Shown piece by piece: positions 27,400 through 36,625 of a stretch of 64,000 bases of DNA. Where the stretch lies: contig CAWIDS010000001.1 in assembly GCA_963834935.1 (NCBI GenBank), positions 236,499 through 300,498 of the forward strand, written 5' to 3'. Position 1 is the first letter of the stretch; each line of letters opens with the position of its first letter. This DNA comes from Candidatus Nomurabacteria bacterium. Its GTDB lineage: Bacteria > Patescibacteriota > Minisyncoccia > Phycocordibacterales > CALRBL01. Below the pieces are notes generated by a model, which searched no databases, had not been told where the DNA came from, and worked only from the letters and a program-made list of their open reading frames with translations. The translations under genes and the position numbers were made by a program.

Positions 27400-29483
27400 A
27401 TTGGAACATACGTCTCGCGCGCTTTGAATTCTGCTTGCTTTCCGGCATTCCACTGGCTGACCGGGCGCAGGTAGCCGACGATGCGCGAATATACTTCGCA
27501 TTCCTTCTGACAGCTCGGACAATTGAAATGCTCTCCGGCTACGTAGCCATGCGACTGGCAGATGCTGAATGTCGGCGTAAGGGTGAAATACGGCAGTTTG
27601 TAATTCTCGCATATCTTCTTGACGAGCCTCGGCACCGCTTGCGCATCCCTAATCCTTTCGCCGAGGAAAAGATGTATGACTGTGCCTCCGGTATATTTCG
27701 TCTGCAAGCTGTCCTGGATGTCGAGCGTCTCGACAATGTCGTCAGTGTAATGGACCGGCAGATGCGAAGAATTGGTGTAGAACGGCTCGGCGCCATTCTT
27801 GTATTCGGCCTCGTTGGCGACTATGATGCCGGGGTATTTCTTTTTGTCCTTGAGCGCCGATCGATATGCCGTGCCTTCGGCCGGAGTGGCTTCGAGATTG
27901 TAGAGATTGCCCGTCTCCTTCTGATACGAGACGAGCCTCTTGCGCATGAAATCAAGGACTTCTTCGGCGAAAGAATGCCCTTCTCCCGACCCGAGGTCCG
28001 TGCCGAGGAGATTCAGCGAAGCTTCATTCATTCCCACAAGCCCGATGGTCGAGAAATGATTATGCCAGTATTTGCCGAAAGACGACTTGATGTTGCGCAG
28101 ATAAAATTTCGTGTACGGATAAAGATTGGCGCCAGTCAGGCGCTCTAAGACCTTGCGCTTTATCTCCAAGCTCTCCTTAGCGATATCCATCTTTTCGGCA
28201 AGTGTTGCAAAAAATTCCTCCTTTCCTTTCGAGTTGAAGGCTATGCGTGGCAGGTTGATGGTGACTACGCCGACTGATCCAGTGAGCGCATTGGCTCCGA
28301 ACAGCCCGCCTCCGCGCCGGTCGAGCTCTTCGAGATCGAGCCTTAAGCGGCAGCACATCGATCGCGTATCCTCGGGCTTCATGTCGGAATTGACGAAATT
28401 GCTGAAGTAAGGAACGCCGTATTTCGCTGTGATCTCCCACAAGCCGGCGAGATTCGGATTTTCCCATTCGAAATCTTTGGTGACATTGACAGTCGGAATG
28501 GGAAAGGTGAATACCCTTCCGGCGGCGTCGCCTTCAGCCATCACTTCGAAAAATGCTTTGTTCAGCATGTCCATTTCGAGCTGGAATTCGGCATAGGTTT
28601 CCTTCTGGTGCTTGCCGCCGATGACTACTGGCAGCTTCTTGAAATTCGGCGAGGGCGTGAGGTCAAGGGTGATGTTCGAGAAAGGCGTCTGGAAGCCGAC
28701 ACGCGTCGGCACGTTCATATTGAAGATGAATTCCTGGATGCACTGCTTCACTTCCTTCTCGCCAAGCCTGTCGTAGCGTATGAAAGGAGCGAGCAGAGTG
28801 TCGAAGTTGGAAAAAGCGATGGCACCTGCAGCCTCGCCTTGAAGCGTGTACATGAAATTAACCACTTGGCCGAGAGCTGTGCGGAAATGCTTGGGTGGCG
28901 CAGACTCGATCTTGTCTGGCGTGCCGCGAAAGCCTTCAAGAAGAAGATCCATCAAGTCCCAGCCGACGCAATATATCGAAAGCGTTCCGAGATCATGCAA
29001 GTGAAAGTCGCCTTGCTCGTATGCGTCACGAATTTCCTGTGGATAGATCTTGTTGATCCAATAGGTCTTGCTTATCTCCGAGAAGATGTAGTTGTTGAGG
29101 CCTTGAAGCGAGTAGCCCATGTTGCTGTTTTCCTTCACCTGCCAGTCGAGCTTCTCGAGATAGCTGTCGACGAGGTCAAGCGAGGTGGTGGTGGCAAAAG
29201 CGCGCATCTCCGCATGCTGTTCGCGGTAAAGGATGTATGCCTTTGCTGTGCGCTTGTAACGTGAATGCATCAGGATATTCTCCACTGCGTCCTGCACTAT
29301 CTCCACAGTCGGCACTTTTCCTCCGCACACGCTTTCGACATACATCACTACCTGCGATGACAGCGATTCCGCCACACTGTCCCCGAACTGACCAGTGGCC
29401 TTTCCCGCCTTGGCGATGGCTGCCGTTATCTTCCTGCCTTCGAACACCTCTTCCGATCCGTCCCGCTTGATTATTTTTTGCAT
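27396..29483 (-). CDS. nrdD: Class III anaerobic ribonucleoside-triphosphate reductase
   Basis: ATP cone (IKRDG), SMCCRL, EATPAEG, glycyl loop YSRIVGYLRP. Confidence 0.95.
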   Translation of the reverse strand: MQKIIKRDGSEEVFEGRKITAAIAKAGKATGQFGDSVAESLSSQVVMYVESVCGGKVPTVEIVQDAVENILMHSRYKRTAKAYILYREQHAEMRAFATTTSLDLVDSYLEKLDWQVKENSNMGYSLQGLNNYIFSEISKTYWINKIYPQEIRDAYEQGDFHLHDLGTLSIYCVGWDLMDLLLEGFRGTPDKIESAPPKHFRTALGQVVNFMYTLQGEAAGAIAFSNFDTLLAPFIRYDRLGEKEVKQCIQEFIFNMNVPTRVGFQTPFSNITLDLTPSPNFKKLPVVIGGKHQKETYAEFQLEMDMLNKAFFEVMAEGDAAGRVFTFPIPTVNVTKDFEWENPNLAGLWEITAKYGVPYFSNFVNSDMKPEDTRSMCCRLRLDLEELDRRGGGLFGANALTGSVGVVTINLPRIAFNSKGKEEFFATLAEKMDIAKESLEIKRKVLERLTGANLYPYTKFYLRNIKSSFGKYWHNHFSTIGLVGMNEASLNLLGTDLGSGEGHSFAEEVLDFMRKRLVSYQKETGNLYNLEATPAEGTAYRSALKDKKKYPGIIVANEAEYKNGAEPFYTNSSHLPVHYTDDIVETLDIQDSLQTKYTGGTVIHLFLGERIRDAQAVPRLVKKICENYKLPYFTLTPTFSICQSHGYVAGEHFNCPSCQKECEVYSRIVGYLRPVSQWNAGKQAEFKARETYVPI

Positions 29484-29503
29484 ATGCGTCCATTATCATG
29501 CTA

Positions 29504-29529
29504 GTTTCATTATTTCGCAATAATGAAAC
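29504..29529. promoter_or_regulatory. Perfect palindrome upstream of nrdD (candidate operator)
   Basis: gtttcattatt-tcgc-aataatgaaac. Confidence 0.55.
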
Positions 29530-29568
29530 AGTGGATTATGCAACTGCGACACAGGAAGAGGTCTGGCG

Positions 29569-29911
29569 CTAGACTACCAACTGGCGATGACGAAGCTCAT
29601 GGAGGATCTTGCAAGGGCTGACGATGCGGGGATCGACTATGCGGTAAATGACATTAAGGCCGTTCCTGCGCGTATGGACGAGGCCGTTGTGGCGAAGCCA
29701 GCGCCAAATGCTGGGAAAGGTTAGCCTTCGAAAGCTTGGTTATCTTCAGCAGGCTTTCGACGGAAGTCTCGCCTGTCTTCAGGATGTTGAGGATTTCCAA
29801 ACGTTTAGGATTGGCCAATATCTTGTAGATATTGGCGTTCTTGTCGTATGCCTCCTGCGGAAGCGGCGATTTTATCTTCAGTTTTGCTTTTGTCTTTATC
29901 TTTAGTTTCAT
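29569..29911 (-). pseudogene. ArsR/SmtB-family regulator with a +1 frameshift
   Basis: KILANPKRLEIL...LSQHLAL, then one extra base near 29698, then LRHNGLVHTRRNGLNVIYRIVDPRIVSPCKIL in the next frame. Confidence 0.8.
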
Positions 29912-29941
29912 ATTTTCGATATTTAGTGCGTTTTCAGTATA

Positions 29942-30745
29942 TCACAAGAGATTCGTGACGTGTCGCCTTCCTTCATGCTTCTCAGCTTCAAGCACTATCC
30001 TTTCCATCATGGCTATAGTTTCCAGGGGATATTTGCCTATGGTGGTCTCTTCCGAAAGCATGACCGCGTCTGAGCCGAGGAGGATGGCATTGGCGACGTC
30101 AGTCACCTCCGCTCGCGTAGGAACTGGGCGATCAACCATCGAAAGAAGCATCTGAGTAGCAGTGATGACTGGCTTCCCTGCTTCATTAGACTTGCGTATG
30201 ATCCTCTCTTGGATGAAAGGAATCTGCTCGACGGGGACCTCACTGCCGAGGTCACCGCGAGCCACCATGACTGCGTCCGTAGCAGCGATGATCTCGTCGA
30301 GATGCTCGAGTGCGGCGGCCCTTTCGATCTTGGCGATTATCTTCTGCGAGCCGCCGAGGCTGCGTATGATTTCCCTGCATTTGAATATGTCATCGGCATT
30401 GCCGACGAATGACACCGCAACGTATCGTATATTTTGCTCGAGGGCGAACTTGATGAAGCCAGCGTCCTTCTCGGTTATGGCAGAGGTTACGGACGCATCA
30501 TAGGTATGACTTTTTTCTTCCTGCACGCGAGGACCCGGAAGGTCGACGATGATGGGAATCTCGCGGCCGAATTCCTTCTCAAGTTGGCGGATGATGCCTA
30601 TCTGCTCGAGACGGCTCGCGAGGTCTCCCCACGAAAAATTAAACCTGACGACGTCGAGCTGGCACTCAACCATGGAACGAAGAGTCTTCATATCAGAAGA
30701 GCTCGGCCCGAGTGTTGCTACGATCTGTGCTTTGGAATGGTTCAT
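29942..30745 (-). CDS. pyk: Pyruvate kinase, barrel-only (B and C domains missing)
   Basis: [46 protein letters not shown]. Confidence 0.88.
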   Translation of the reverse strand: MNHSKAQIVATLGPSSSDMKTLRSMVECQLDVVRFNFSWGDLASRLEQIGIIRQLEKEFGREIPIIVDLPGPRVQEEKSHTYDASVTSAITEKDAGFIKFALEQNIRYVAVSFVGNADDIFKCREIIRSLGGSQKIIAKIERAAALEHLDEIIAATDAVMVARGDLGSEVPVEQIPFIQERIIRKSNEAGKPVITATQMLLSMVDRPVPTRAEVTDVANAILLGSDAVMLSEETTIGKYPLETIAMMERIVLEAEKHEGRRHVTNLL

Positions 30746-31371
30746 GCGTTTACTTTTGACTGCACTTGCCTTATTTCCTTATGCGTCATCCTGCCCTCAC
30801 TATCAACATCATAAATGAGTATTCCGCCGAAAAGCATCTCCACTTTGGCGATTTCGCTATCGGCAATGGATTCGATGTATTTCATCAGGGCCCTAATGGC
30901 ATTGCCATGCGACACAACAAGCACGTTCTTATTTTCCTTTATGAGCGGCAGGATATTGTCCCGGAAATACGGCACCACCCTTTCGTAGACCATCTTCAAG
31001 GTCTCGCCATTCGGCACCGGGCAATCCCATTCTCTCCTAACATTATTCCACTGCTCTTCCCCGATAATTTTCTCCACCTCCCACTTATTCTTTCCGGTAT
31101 AGTCGCCATAATCGCGTTCATTGAGGGCAGAAGCATGCACCGTCGGCACATGGCAGAGGTTGAGAGTCTCGAGCATGCAGGAAAGCGTCTCGATCGAGCG
31201 CACTTGCATCGAGGCGAAAGCGGCGTCGATATGAATATCCTTTATCAGAAGGCCCATCTCGGCGGATTTCTCAAAGCCATATTCGGTAAGATGCCTATCG
31301 CGGATGCCAGTCCACTGGCCTAGTTTGTTCCATTCCGATTCGTGATGCCGTGCAATGATTAACTTTCCCAT
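30742..31371 (-). CDS. gpmA: 2,3-BPG-dependent phosphoglycerate mutase
   Basis: [26 protein letters not shown]. Confidence 0.88.
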   Translation of the reverse strand: MGKLIIARHHESEWNKLGQWTGIRDRHLTEYGFEKSAEMGLLIKDIHIDAAFASMQVRSIETLSCMLETLNLCHVPTVHASALNERDYGDYTGKNKWEVEKIIGEEQWNNVRREWDCPVPNGETLKMVYERVVPYFRDNILPLIKENKNVLVVSHGNAIRALMKYIESIADSEIAKVEMLFGGILIYDVDSEGRMTHKEIRQVQSKVNA

Positions 31372-31372
31372 A

Positions 31373-32347
31373 TTAAATGCTTATCCTATTCCTCGGCACC
31401 CTGCCCTCGAAGAAATCAATGATGTTATTGGCAGATATTTCAGCCATCTCGTTGCGAGCTGCTACCCGGGCCGAGGCGATATGCGGAGTAAGGATGACAT
31501 TGTCGAGCTTGGCGAGTCCGGGTGAGAGCTTCGGCTCGAATTCATAGACATCGAGGCCAGCTCCGGCAATCGTTCCTTCTTTCAAAACCTTGACGAGGGC
31601 CTTTTCGTTTATGACTGGTCCGCGCGACGTGTTTACAAGAAACGCCATCTTTTTCATGAGCTTCAATTCCTTCTCGCTTATGAGATGCCTGGTCGAATCG
31701 ATAAGCGGCACGTGAAGGCTGACGATATCCGCTTCTGCGAGCAGCTCATCGAGGGTCGATGCTTTCTTTGCTTGATACTGGTTCTCGATTTCCTCATTGC
31801 GAACAAGGTCATGATAGATGATTTTCGCATTGAATCCGCGATAGGCCATGCGGGCTACCTCGCTACCGATAAGGCCAGTGCCTACGAGGCCGATCGTCTT
31901 GCCGCTGAAATCGCTGCCGATGAAGGCCATTGGCGTCCAACCTTTATATTTTCCCTTCCTAGTAAACTTGTCGCCTTCCACCATGCGTGTGGTGAGACCG
32001 AGCATCAAGGCAATAGCATGCTCAGCGACCTGCGTACGCGATGCTCCTGAAGTGTTTGTAATGGTGATACCTCTTTTCTTCGCTTCGGCAACGTCGATAT
32101 TGTTGTAGCCGACAGTATAGGTAGCAAAAATCTTTGCAGTCGGCACTGCGTCATACACTCTTGAATCGATCTGGTCGGTGAGAAGGCAGAGCACTGCGTC
32201 ATATGGATGCTTCTTCAGATATGAAATGAGTTCTTTCTGGTTCGGCACGCGCTCCTTCGGATAGACATCTACTCTGTATCCCTTGTCTTCGAGCATCTTT
32301 ATGCCGATATCGGGAATCCTTCTCGTTATGAAAACTGATTTATTCAT
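31373..32347 (-). CDS. D-2-hydroxyacid (D-glycerate/glyoxylate) dehydrogenase
   Basis: GTGLIG, NTSRGPV, LDVYEFEP, TPHIAS. Confidence 0.9.
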   Translation of the reverse strand: MNKSVFITRRIPDIGIKMLEDKGYRVDVYPKERVPNQKELISYLKKHPYDAVLCLLTDQIDSRVYDAVPTAKIFATYTVGYNNIDVAEAKKRGITITNTSGASRTQVAEHAIALMLGLTTRMVEGDKFTRKGKYKGWTPMAFIGSDFSGKTIGLVGTGLIGSEVARMAYRGFNAKIIYHDLVRNEEIENQYQAKKASTLDELLAEADIVSLHVPLIDSTRHLISEKELKLMKKMAFLVNTSRGPVINEKALVKVLKEGTIAGAGLDVYEFEPKLSPGLAKLDNVILTPHIASARVAARNEMAEISANNIIDFFEGRVPRNRISI

Positions 32348-32380
32348 TTTTTATTTAAAATTCATGCGTCAATGCTTCTA

Positions 32381-33499
32381 TTATCTATCCGCGCCGATTG
32401 CTTCGCTGATATTCTTGAATCCGTCGCGCTTCAGCAACACAACTAATCCCTGATTGATCTCGCTGATAACCTGCGGGCCTTCGAAAATCATTCCGGTGAT
32501 TATCTGCACAAGCGATGCGCCAAGCCTGATCTTCCTGTATGCATCTTCGGCGGTGAACACTCCACCCGAACCGATGAGAGCGAAACGTTTGCCTTCTTTC
32601 CGATAAATGTATGAAAGCAAACCATCCGAAAGCCCTTCGACTACTTTTCCACTAAGGCCTCCCTTCTGCGGCACATCGCCGTCAAGGATTTTCGGATTGT
32701 CCCTCTTCTTCGTCAAGTTCGTGCAAATGATACCATGAATGCGATGAGATTTAGCGACCGCAAGCAGAGAATCAAGTTCCGGTTCGCTCATATCAGGCGA
32801 AAGCTTTATAAAAACAGGCTTTTGTGTCGGTATTCCGTCCAGGATGTCGAAAAGATAATCGAGCTTATGCGGCTGAATGAAGGGCTGTCCGCCTAGGGTA
32901 TTCGGACAGCTGATATTGACGGTAATGTAATCGGCGAATGGCTCCATTGTCAGGAATGCCTTGGCATAATCCGCTATTGCATTCTTCAGGATGCAGTTTT
33001 CGGAGCAGTTGGTCATAGCGACGCTCACTCCGACAGGAATCGAGAAATGCTTGCCATGGAGCCGTGAAGCGATCGCTTCGCATCCGTCATTCTTCAATCC
33101 GTAATAGACGACAAGGCTTTTTGACTCCGGAAGGCGCCAGAGGCGCGGCTTCGGATTGCCTGTGCACGGCTTGCCGGTGATCGAGCCAACCTCGATGAAG
33201 CCGAAGCCGACTGACGGAAGGATATCCGCGAGCTCCGCATTCTTGTCGAAGCCAGCCGAGAGGCCGATCGGATTTCTGAAAGCGATGCCAGCCACCTCCT
33301 GCTTCAAGATCGGGTTCTGATAGTCGAACAGCATACCAGTCATCTTCTGCGCCAAAAAATGGCGTCCAAGCATGCTTCCAAGGCGAGCCATGCGATCGTG
33401 AACATATTCGGGATCATTGTGGAAAAAGACCGGCTTCAGGACATTCTTGTAGAGCCTGTGGGTGATCTTGTTGCGATAGGAAACGAAAGATTCGCTCAT
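32381..33499 (-). CDS. pyrD: Quinone-dependent dihydroorotate dehydrogenase
   Basis: NPIGLSAGFDKN, GNPKPRLWRL, NISCPNT, GGLSG. Confidence 0.92.
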   Translation of the reverse strand: MSESFVSYRNKITHRLYKNVLKPVFFHNDPEYVHDRMARLGSMLGRHFLAQKMTGMLFDYQNPILKQEVAGIAFRNPIGLSAGFDKNAELADILPSVGFGFIEVGSITGKPCTGNPKPRLWRLPESKSLVVYYGLKNDGCEAIASRLHGKHFSIPVGVSVAMTNCSENCILKNAIADYAKAFLTMEPFADYITVNISCPNTLGGQPFIQPHKLDYLFDILDGIPTQKPVFIKLSPDMSEPELDSLLAVAKSHRIHGIICTNLTKKRDNPKILDGDVPQKGGLSGKVVEGLSDGLLSYIYRKEGKRFALIGSGGVFTAEDAYRKIRLGASLVQIITGMIFEGPQVISEINQGLVVLLKRDGFKNISEAIGADR

Positions 33500-33538
33500 A
33501 GTTTCGAAGTATATTGATTACTTAATTATAGTATACCT

Positions 33539-34054
33539 CTATATTCCGAAAAATCCACAAAGCTTTCCTATGCCGAAGGTGATGACCATAGCCACCACCC
33601 CTCCGATAACGACGCGTATGGAGGCCCGCGTCTTATTTGCTCCGCCCGCCTCAGCGCTCAGCATGCCAGTGATGAGAAGGGCTACCACTGAGGCAGCGAA
33701 GACGGCTTGTATGCGAAAATTTACCGGAGATGCAAGCACCGAAAAGAGAGGAATGACTGCCCCGCAAAAAAATGATGATGCCGAAGCGAAAGCGGCGTAC
33801 CAGGGACTGGAGCTTCTCTCCACCGACATTACTTTCTCGGTATCCCTCTGGGCGCTCACTGATACGTATTCGCCGGCTGCCATGGACAATGCCCCAGCTA
33901 CTAAGCCGGCAGTCGCCGCGGTCAAAATAAAGATGGCTGAATTCGATGCGCCGGATACTCCGACGATGATCGATGCTACTGAGATGATGCCGTCATTGGC
34001 GCCGAGCACCGCCGCGCGTATCCAATTCAGTCTAGACCTCGAAGAAAATCTCAT
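33539..34054 (-). CDS. VIT1/CCC1 family metal transporter (short form)
   Basis: RAAVLGANDGI, AGALSMAAGEYVSV. Confidence 0.88.
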   Translation of the reverse strand: MRFSSRSRLNWIRAAVLGANDGIISVASIIVGVSGASNSAIFILTAATAGLVAGALSMAAGEYVSVSAQRDTEKVMSVERSSSPWYAAFASASSFFCGAVIPLFSVLASPVNFRIQAVFAASVVALLITGMLSAEAGGANKTRASIRVVIGGVVAMVITFGIGKLCGFFGI

Positions 34055-34100
34055 TGACTAAGAATATCACATTCTATATTATTCAATCACAACAAAATAG

Positions 34101-34194
34101 TTATCAAGAGTGCGGGGAGAGAACTAGCTCTATGAACCGCCAGCAACTCTTCGAAAGAAGTAAGTGCTCAATCTAGCCCGCAAGGGAAAGATAT
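34101..34194 (+). ncRNA. SAM-I (S-box) riboswitch
   Basis: TTATCAAGAG..GAGAG..GCTCT.TGAA..CAGCAAC..GTGCT..AAAGATA follows the SAM-I consensus; terminator at 34219-34255. Confidence 0.8.
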
Positions 34195-34281
34195 TTCGCC
34201 ACGGAAGTGGCGGCGATGAAAAGTCTTTTCCTACCGGAAGGACTTTTTTGTTTTTATTAGGCGGCTAATCAAAACAAAAAG

Positions 34282-34392
34282 ATGACTAACAATATCAATC
34301 AGGAATGGCTGGCGCGCTACGCCTTCTGGAGTAGTTATTATCTGGAGTCGGTCTTGCACCTCGCTCTGCTAGTTTGGGAATTGAGAAGATGA
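34282..34392 (+). CDS. 36-aa ORF directly downstream of the riboswitch
   Basis: MTNNINQEWLARYAFWSSYYLESVLHLALLVWELRR; could be a gene remnant. Confidence 0.3.
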   Translation: MTNNINQEWLARYAFWSSYYLESVLHLALLVWELRR

Positions 34393-34404
34393 TATAATTT
34401 CCAC

Positions 34405-34875
34405 ATGTCTTCTTCGATCTCGTGGAAAGCATACGAGTACCATCACATGCCGAAAACTGCCGACTGGTTTTGGGCTCTTGGGGTTATCTCAGTCTCGATC
34501 GCAGCCATTTCCCTCATCTATGGCAACATCATGTTCGCCATCCTCATCATCATCGCGGCAATCGCCCTTGCAATTCATGCCCACCGCGAGCCGAAGCTCG
34601 TCGATTTCGAACTCAACGAGAAAGGCCTCCGCATCGAGGACACGTTCTACCCCTACTCTTCCCTCGATTCATACAATATAGAGGCACACGACACCGATAT
34701 CGGCGTATTCGCCAAAGCCCTCATCAAATCGAAGAGGACATTCATGCCTCTTATCGTCATTCCGCTTGCCGATGTCTACATCGAGGAAGTCGACGAATAC
34801 CTTTCCATCTTCCTCAAGCAGGAAGACCATCACGAGACATTCGAGGAAAAAATCTTGGAGTATTTGGGTTTCTAG
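34405..34875 (+). CDS. Conserved CPR-type two-TM membrane protein
   Basis: ISWKAYEYHH.PKTADWFW followed by two TM segments. Confidence 0.75.
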   Translation: MSSSISWKAYEYHHMPKTADWFWALGVISVSIAAISLIYGNIMFAILIIIAAIALAIHAHREPKLVDFELNEKGLRIEDTFYPYSSLDSYNIEAHDTDIGVFAKALIKSKRTFMPLIVIPLADVYIEEVDEYLSIFLKQEDHHETFEEKILEYLGF

Positions 34876-34904
34876 TGTATAAAAAGCCTGCGCCTAGGCG
34901 CTTC

Positions 34905-34976
34905 GCTCTCGTCGTTCAATGGATAGGACATAACTTTGCGGAAGTTAAAATATAGGTTCGATTCCTATCGAGAGCA
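34905..34976 (+). tRNA. tRNA-Arg(GCG)
   Basis: Stem taact/agtta, loop TT-GCG-GA. Confidence 0.9.
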
Positions 34977-35108
34977 CATCGTAGTGAGACCTATCGGGAG
35001 GCCTAAATGCTGACTAATTTTGAATGAGTCAAGGCTGACCCCGATAGGAATCGAAAAAATAAATATCGATCCATTAAGGCGTTTCAAAAAAGCTGTTTTG
35101 GTAGTAGT

Positions 35109-35927
35109 ATGGCCAGTATGGATGTAGAAAATTATTTAAGGAGCATACTCAAGAAATACTCGATATCAGCTGATCTCAATCGGCTCATTGCCATTGGAAA
35201 CGCCGAAAAATCTGTCAGAGTAGTTATTACCGAATGGGCTCATACATTTCTACACGAGATCAAGCGGTCAGGCTCGATTGAGAAGGGCACTGCTATCTCG
35301 ACTTCGGCAGATCTTGATCTGTTTATATCGCTAAAATCAGAAACACCAGGTTCCTTGCCAGAGCTATACGAGGGTCTTGCCAAGTGGCTTGAGTCAAAGA
35401 ACTATAAAATCCGTAGACAGAATAGCTCCATCAGGATCAATCATGCAGGTATCAATGTCGATCTCATACCCGCACGAAAGTTCGCTAGTCAAAGCGGCTC
35501 TTTGCCGGGATTGCTCGGTCAGAGCCAAGACCACTCCATACGCATAAGGAAAAGTAACTCTTGGGCAAAGACTAATATTGAGGCACAGATACGGAAGGTC
35601 AAGGACTCAAGGAGACACGACGACATAAAGCTGGCTAAGATATGGCGTGATATAAGCGGTATCGATTTTCCGTCAATTTACCTTGAGCTTTCAGTCATCA
35701 AGGCTCTTAACGGCGATGCTCTAGGGTTGTTACTGCCGCCACCCATATCAAAAAGGTTCGTGACTTTCATGAACTACCTTGTCAATGACTTTGAGACAGC
35801 GACAATCGAAGACCCTGGCAATAAGAGTAACAAGATATCAGATGACCTCTCGACAGTAGAAAAGAAGGTGATTATCAACGCCGCAAAAAATGTCCTAACT
35901 AAAAACTGGACTCAAGTACTATGGTAA
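35109..35927 (+). CDS. CBASS cyclic oligonucleotide synthase (CD-NTase)
   Basis: SGSIEKGTAI...DLDLFIS, VDLIPA, IKLAKIWR, PSIYLEL, DPGN.SN.ISD. Confidence 0.85.
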   Translation: MASMDVENYLRSILKKYSISADLNRLIAIGNAEKSVRVVITEWAHTFLHEIKRSGSIEKGTAISTSADLDLFISLKSETPGSLPELYEGLAKWLESKNYKIRRQNSSIRINHAGINVDLIPARKFASQSGSLPGLLGQSQDHSIRIRKSNSWAKTNIEAQIRKVKDSRRHDDIKLAKIWRDISGIDFPSIYLELSVIKALNGDALGLLLPPPISKRFVTFMNYLVNDFETATIEDPGNKSNKISDDLSTVEKKVIINAAKNVLTKNWTQVLW

Positions 35928-36616
35928 AAAAGATCAACATTCAAAAATTATTCGAGGCACTCGACGAAGAGATGCGACTAAAGCTCTCGAGCAAGATCGA
36001 TGAGATATATCATCCGACCGCAAAGGGTGATGAGTCTGAGCTTAACTGGATCGGCTTGCTCAGGTCATATCTTCCCGAAAGGTATACCGTCGACAGTGGC
36101 TTCGTCGTCGATCACGAAGGTAATCTGAGCGAACAGATTGATATCATTATTTACGATAGGCATTTCACTCCTTTTATCTTTAGGGGAGAAAATGTGGTCT
36201 ATATTCCAGCCGAAGGTGTATATGCGGTCTTTGAGGTTAAGCCCTATTTTGACAAAAAGAATCATGATTACGCCGTAAAGAAGCTCGGTAGCGTCAAGGC
36301 ACTCAAAAGGACCTCGGCACAGTTTACGCATATCGGTGGTAAAGATAAAAAGGAGCTTTTTGATGTGGTCGGAGGGGTCTTAACCAAAGCGAACAAGGCG
36401 AAAAAGCTTTTCAATGATTTGACCATTGGCTCTGAACTATCAGTGATACTGTCGCTCGATCATGGGGTGAAAATCATAAATAGCGAGTCTGTTGAAAAAC
36501 AAGGCAAAGAAGCCGTATTGGCCTTTTTCTTGCTAAAGCTTATTGAGAAATTACGCGCCTTAGGGTCGGTACCTGCGCTAGAGGCGGATAAATATTTGGA
36601 GTCTATCAAAAAATAA
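35921..36616 (+). CDS. nucC: NucC-like endonuclease effector
   Basis: HPTAKGDESE..W..LL..YLP.RY, SEQIDIIIYDR, IPAEGVYAVFEVK. Confidence 0.85.
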   Translation: MVKKINIQKLFEALDEEMRLKLSSKIDEIYHPTAKGDESELNWIGLLRSYLPERYTVDSGFVVDHEGNLSEQIDIIIYDRHFTPFIFRGENVVYIPAEGVYAVFEVKPYFDKKNHDYAVKKLGSVKALKRTSAQFTHIGGKDKKELFDVVGGVLTKANKAKKLFNDLTIGSELSVILSLDHGVKIINSESVEKQGKEAVLAFFLLKLIEKLRALGSVPALEADKYLESIKK

Positions 36617-36625
36617 CGATAATTT

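Noticed and set aside
27435-29264. Long + strand ORFs opposite nrdD (similarly opposite hsdM and AlbA_2)
   Set aside because: Antisense shadows of well-supported genes, with no motifs.
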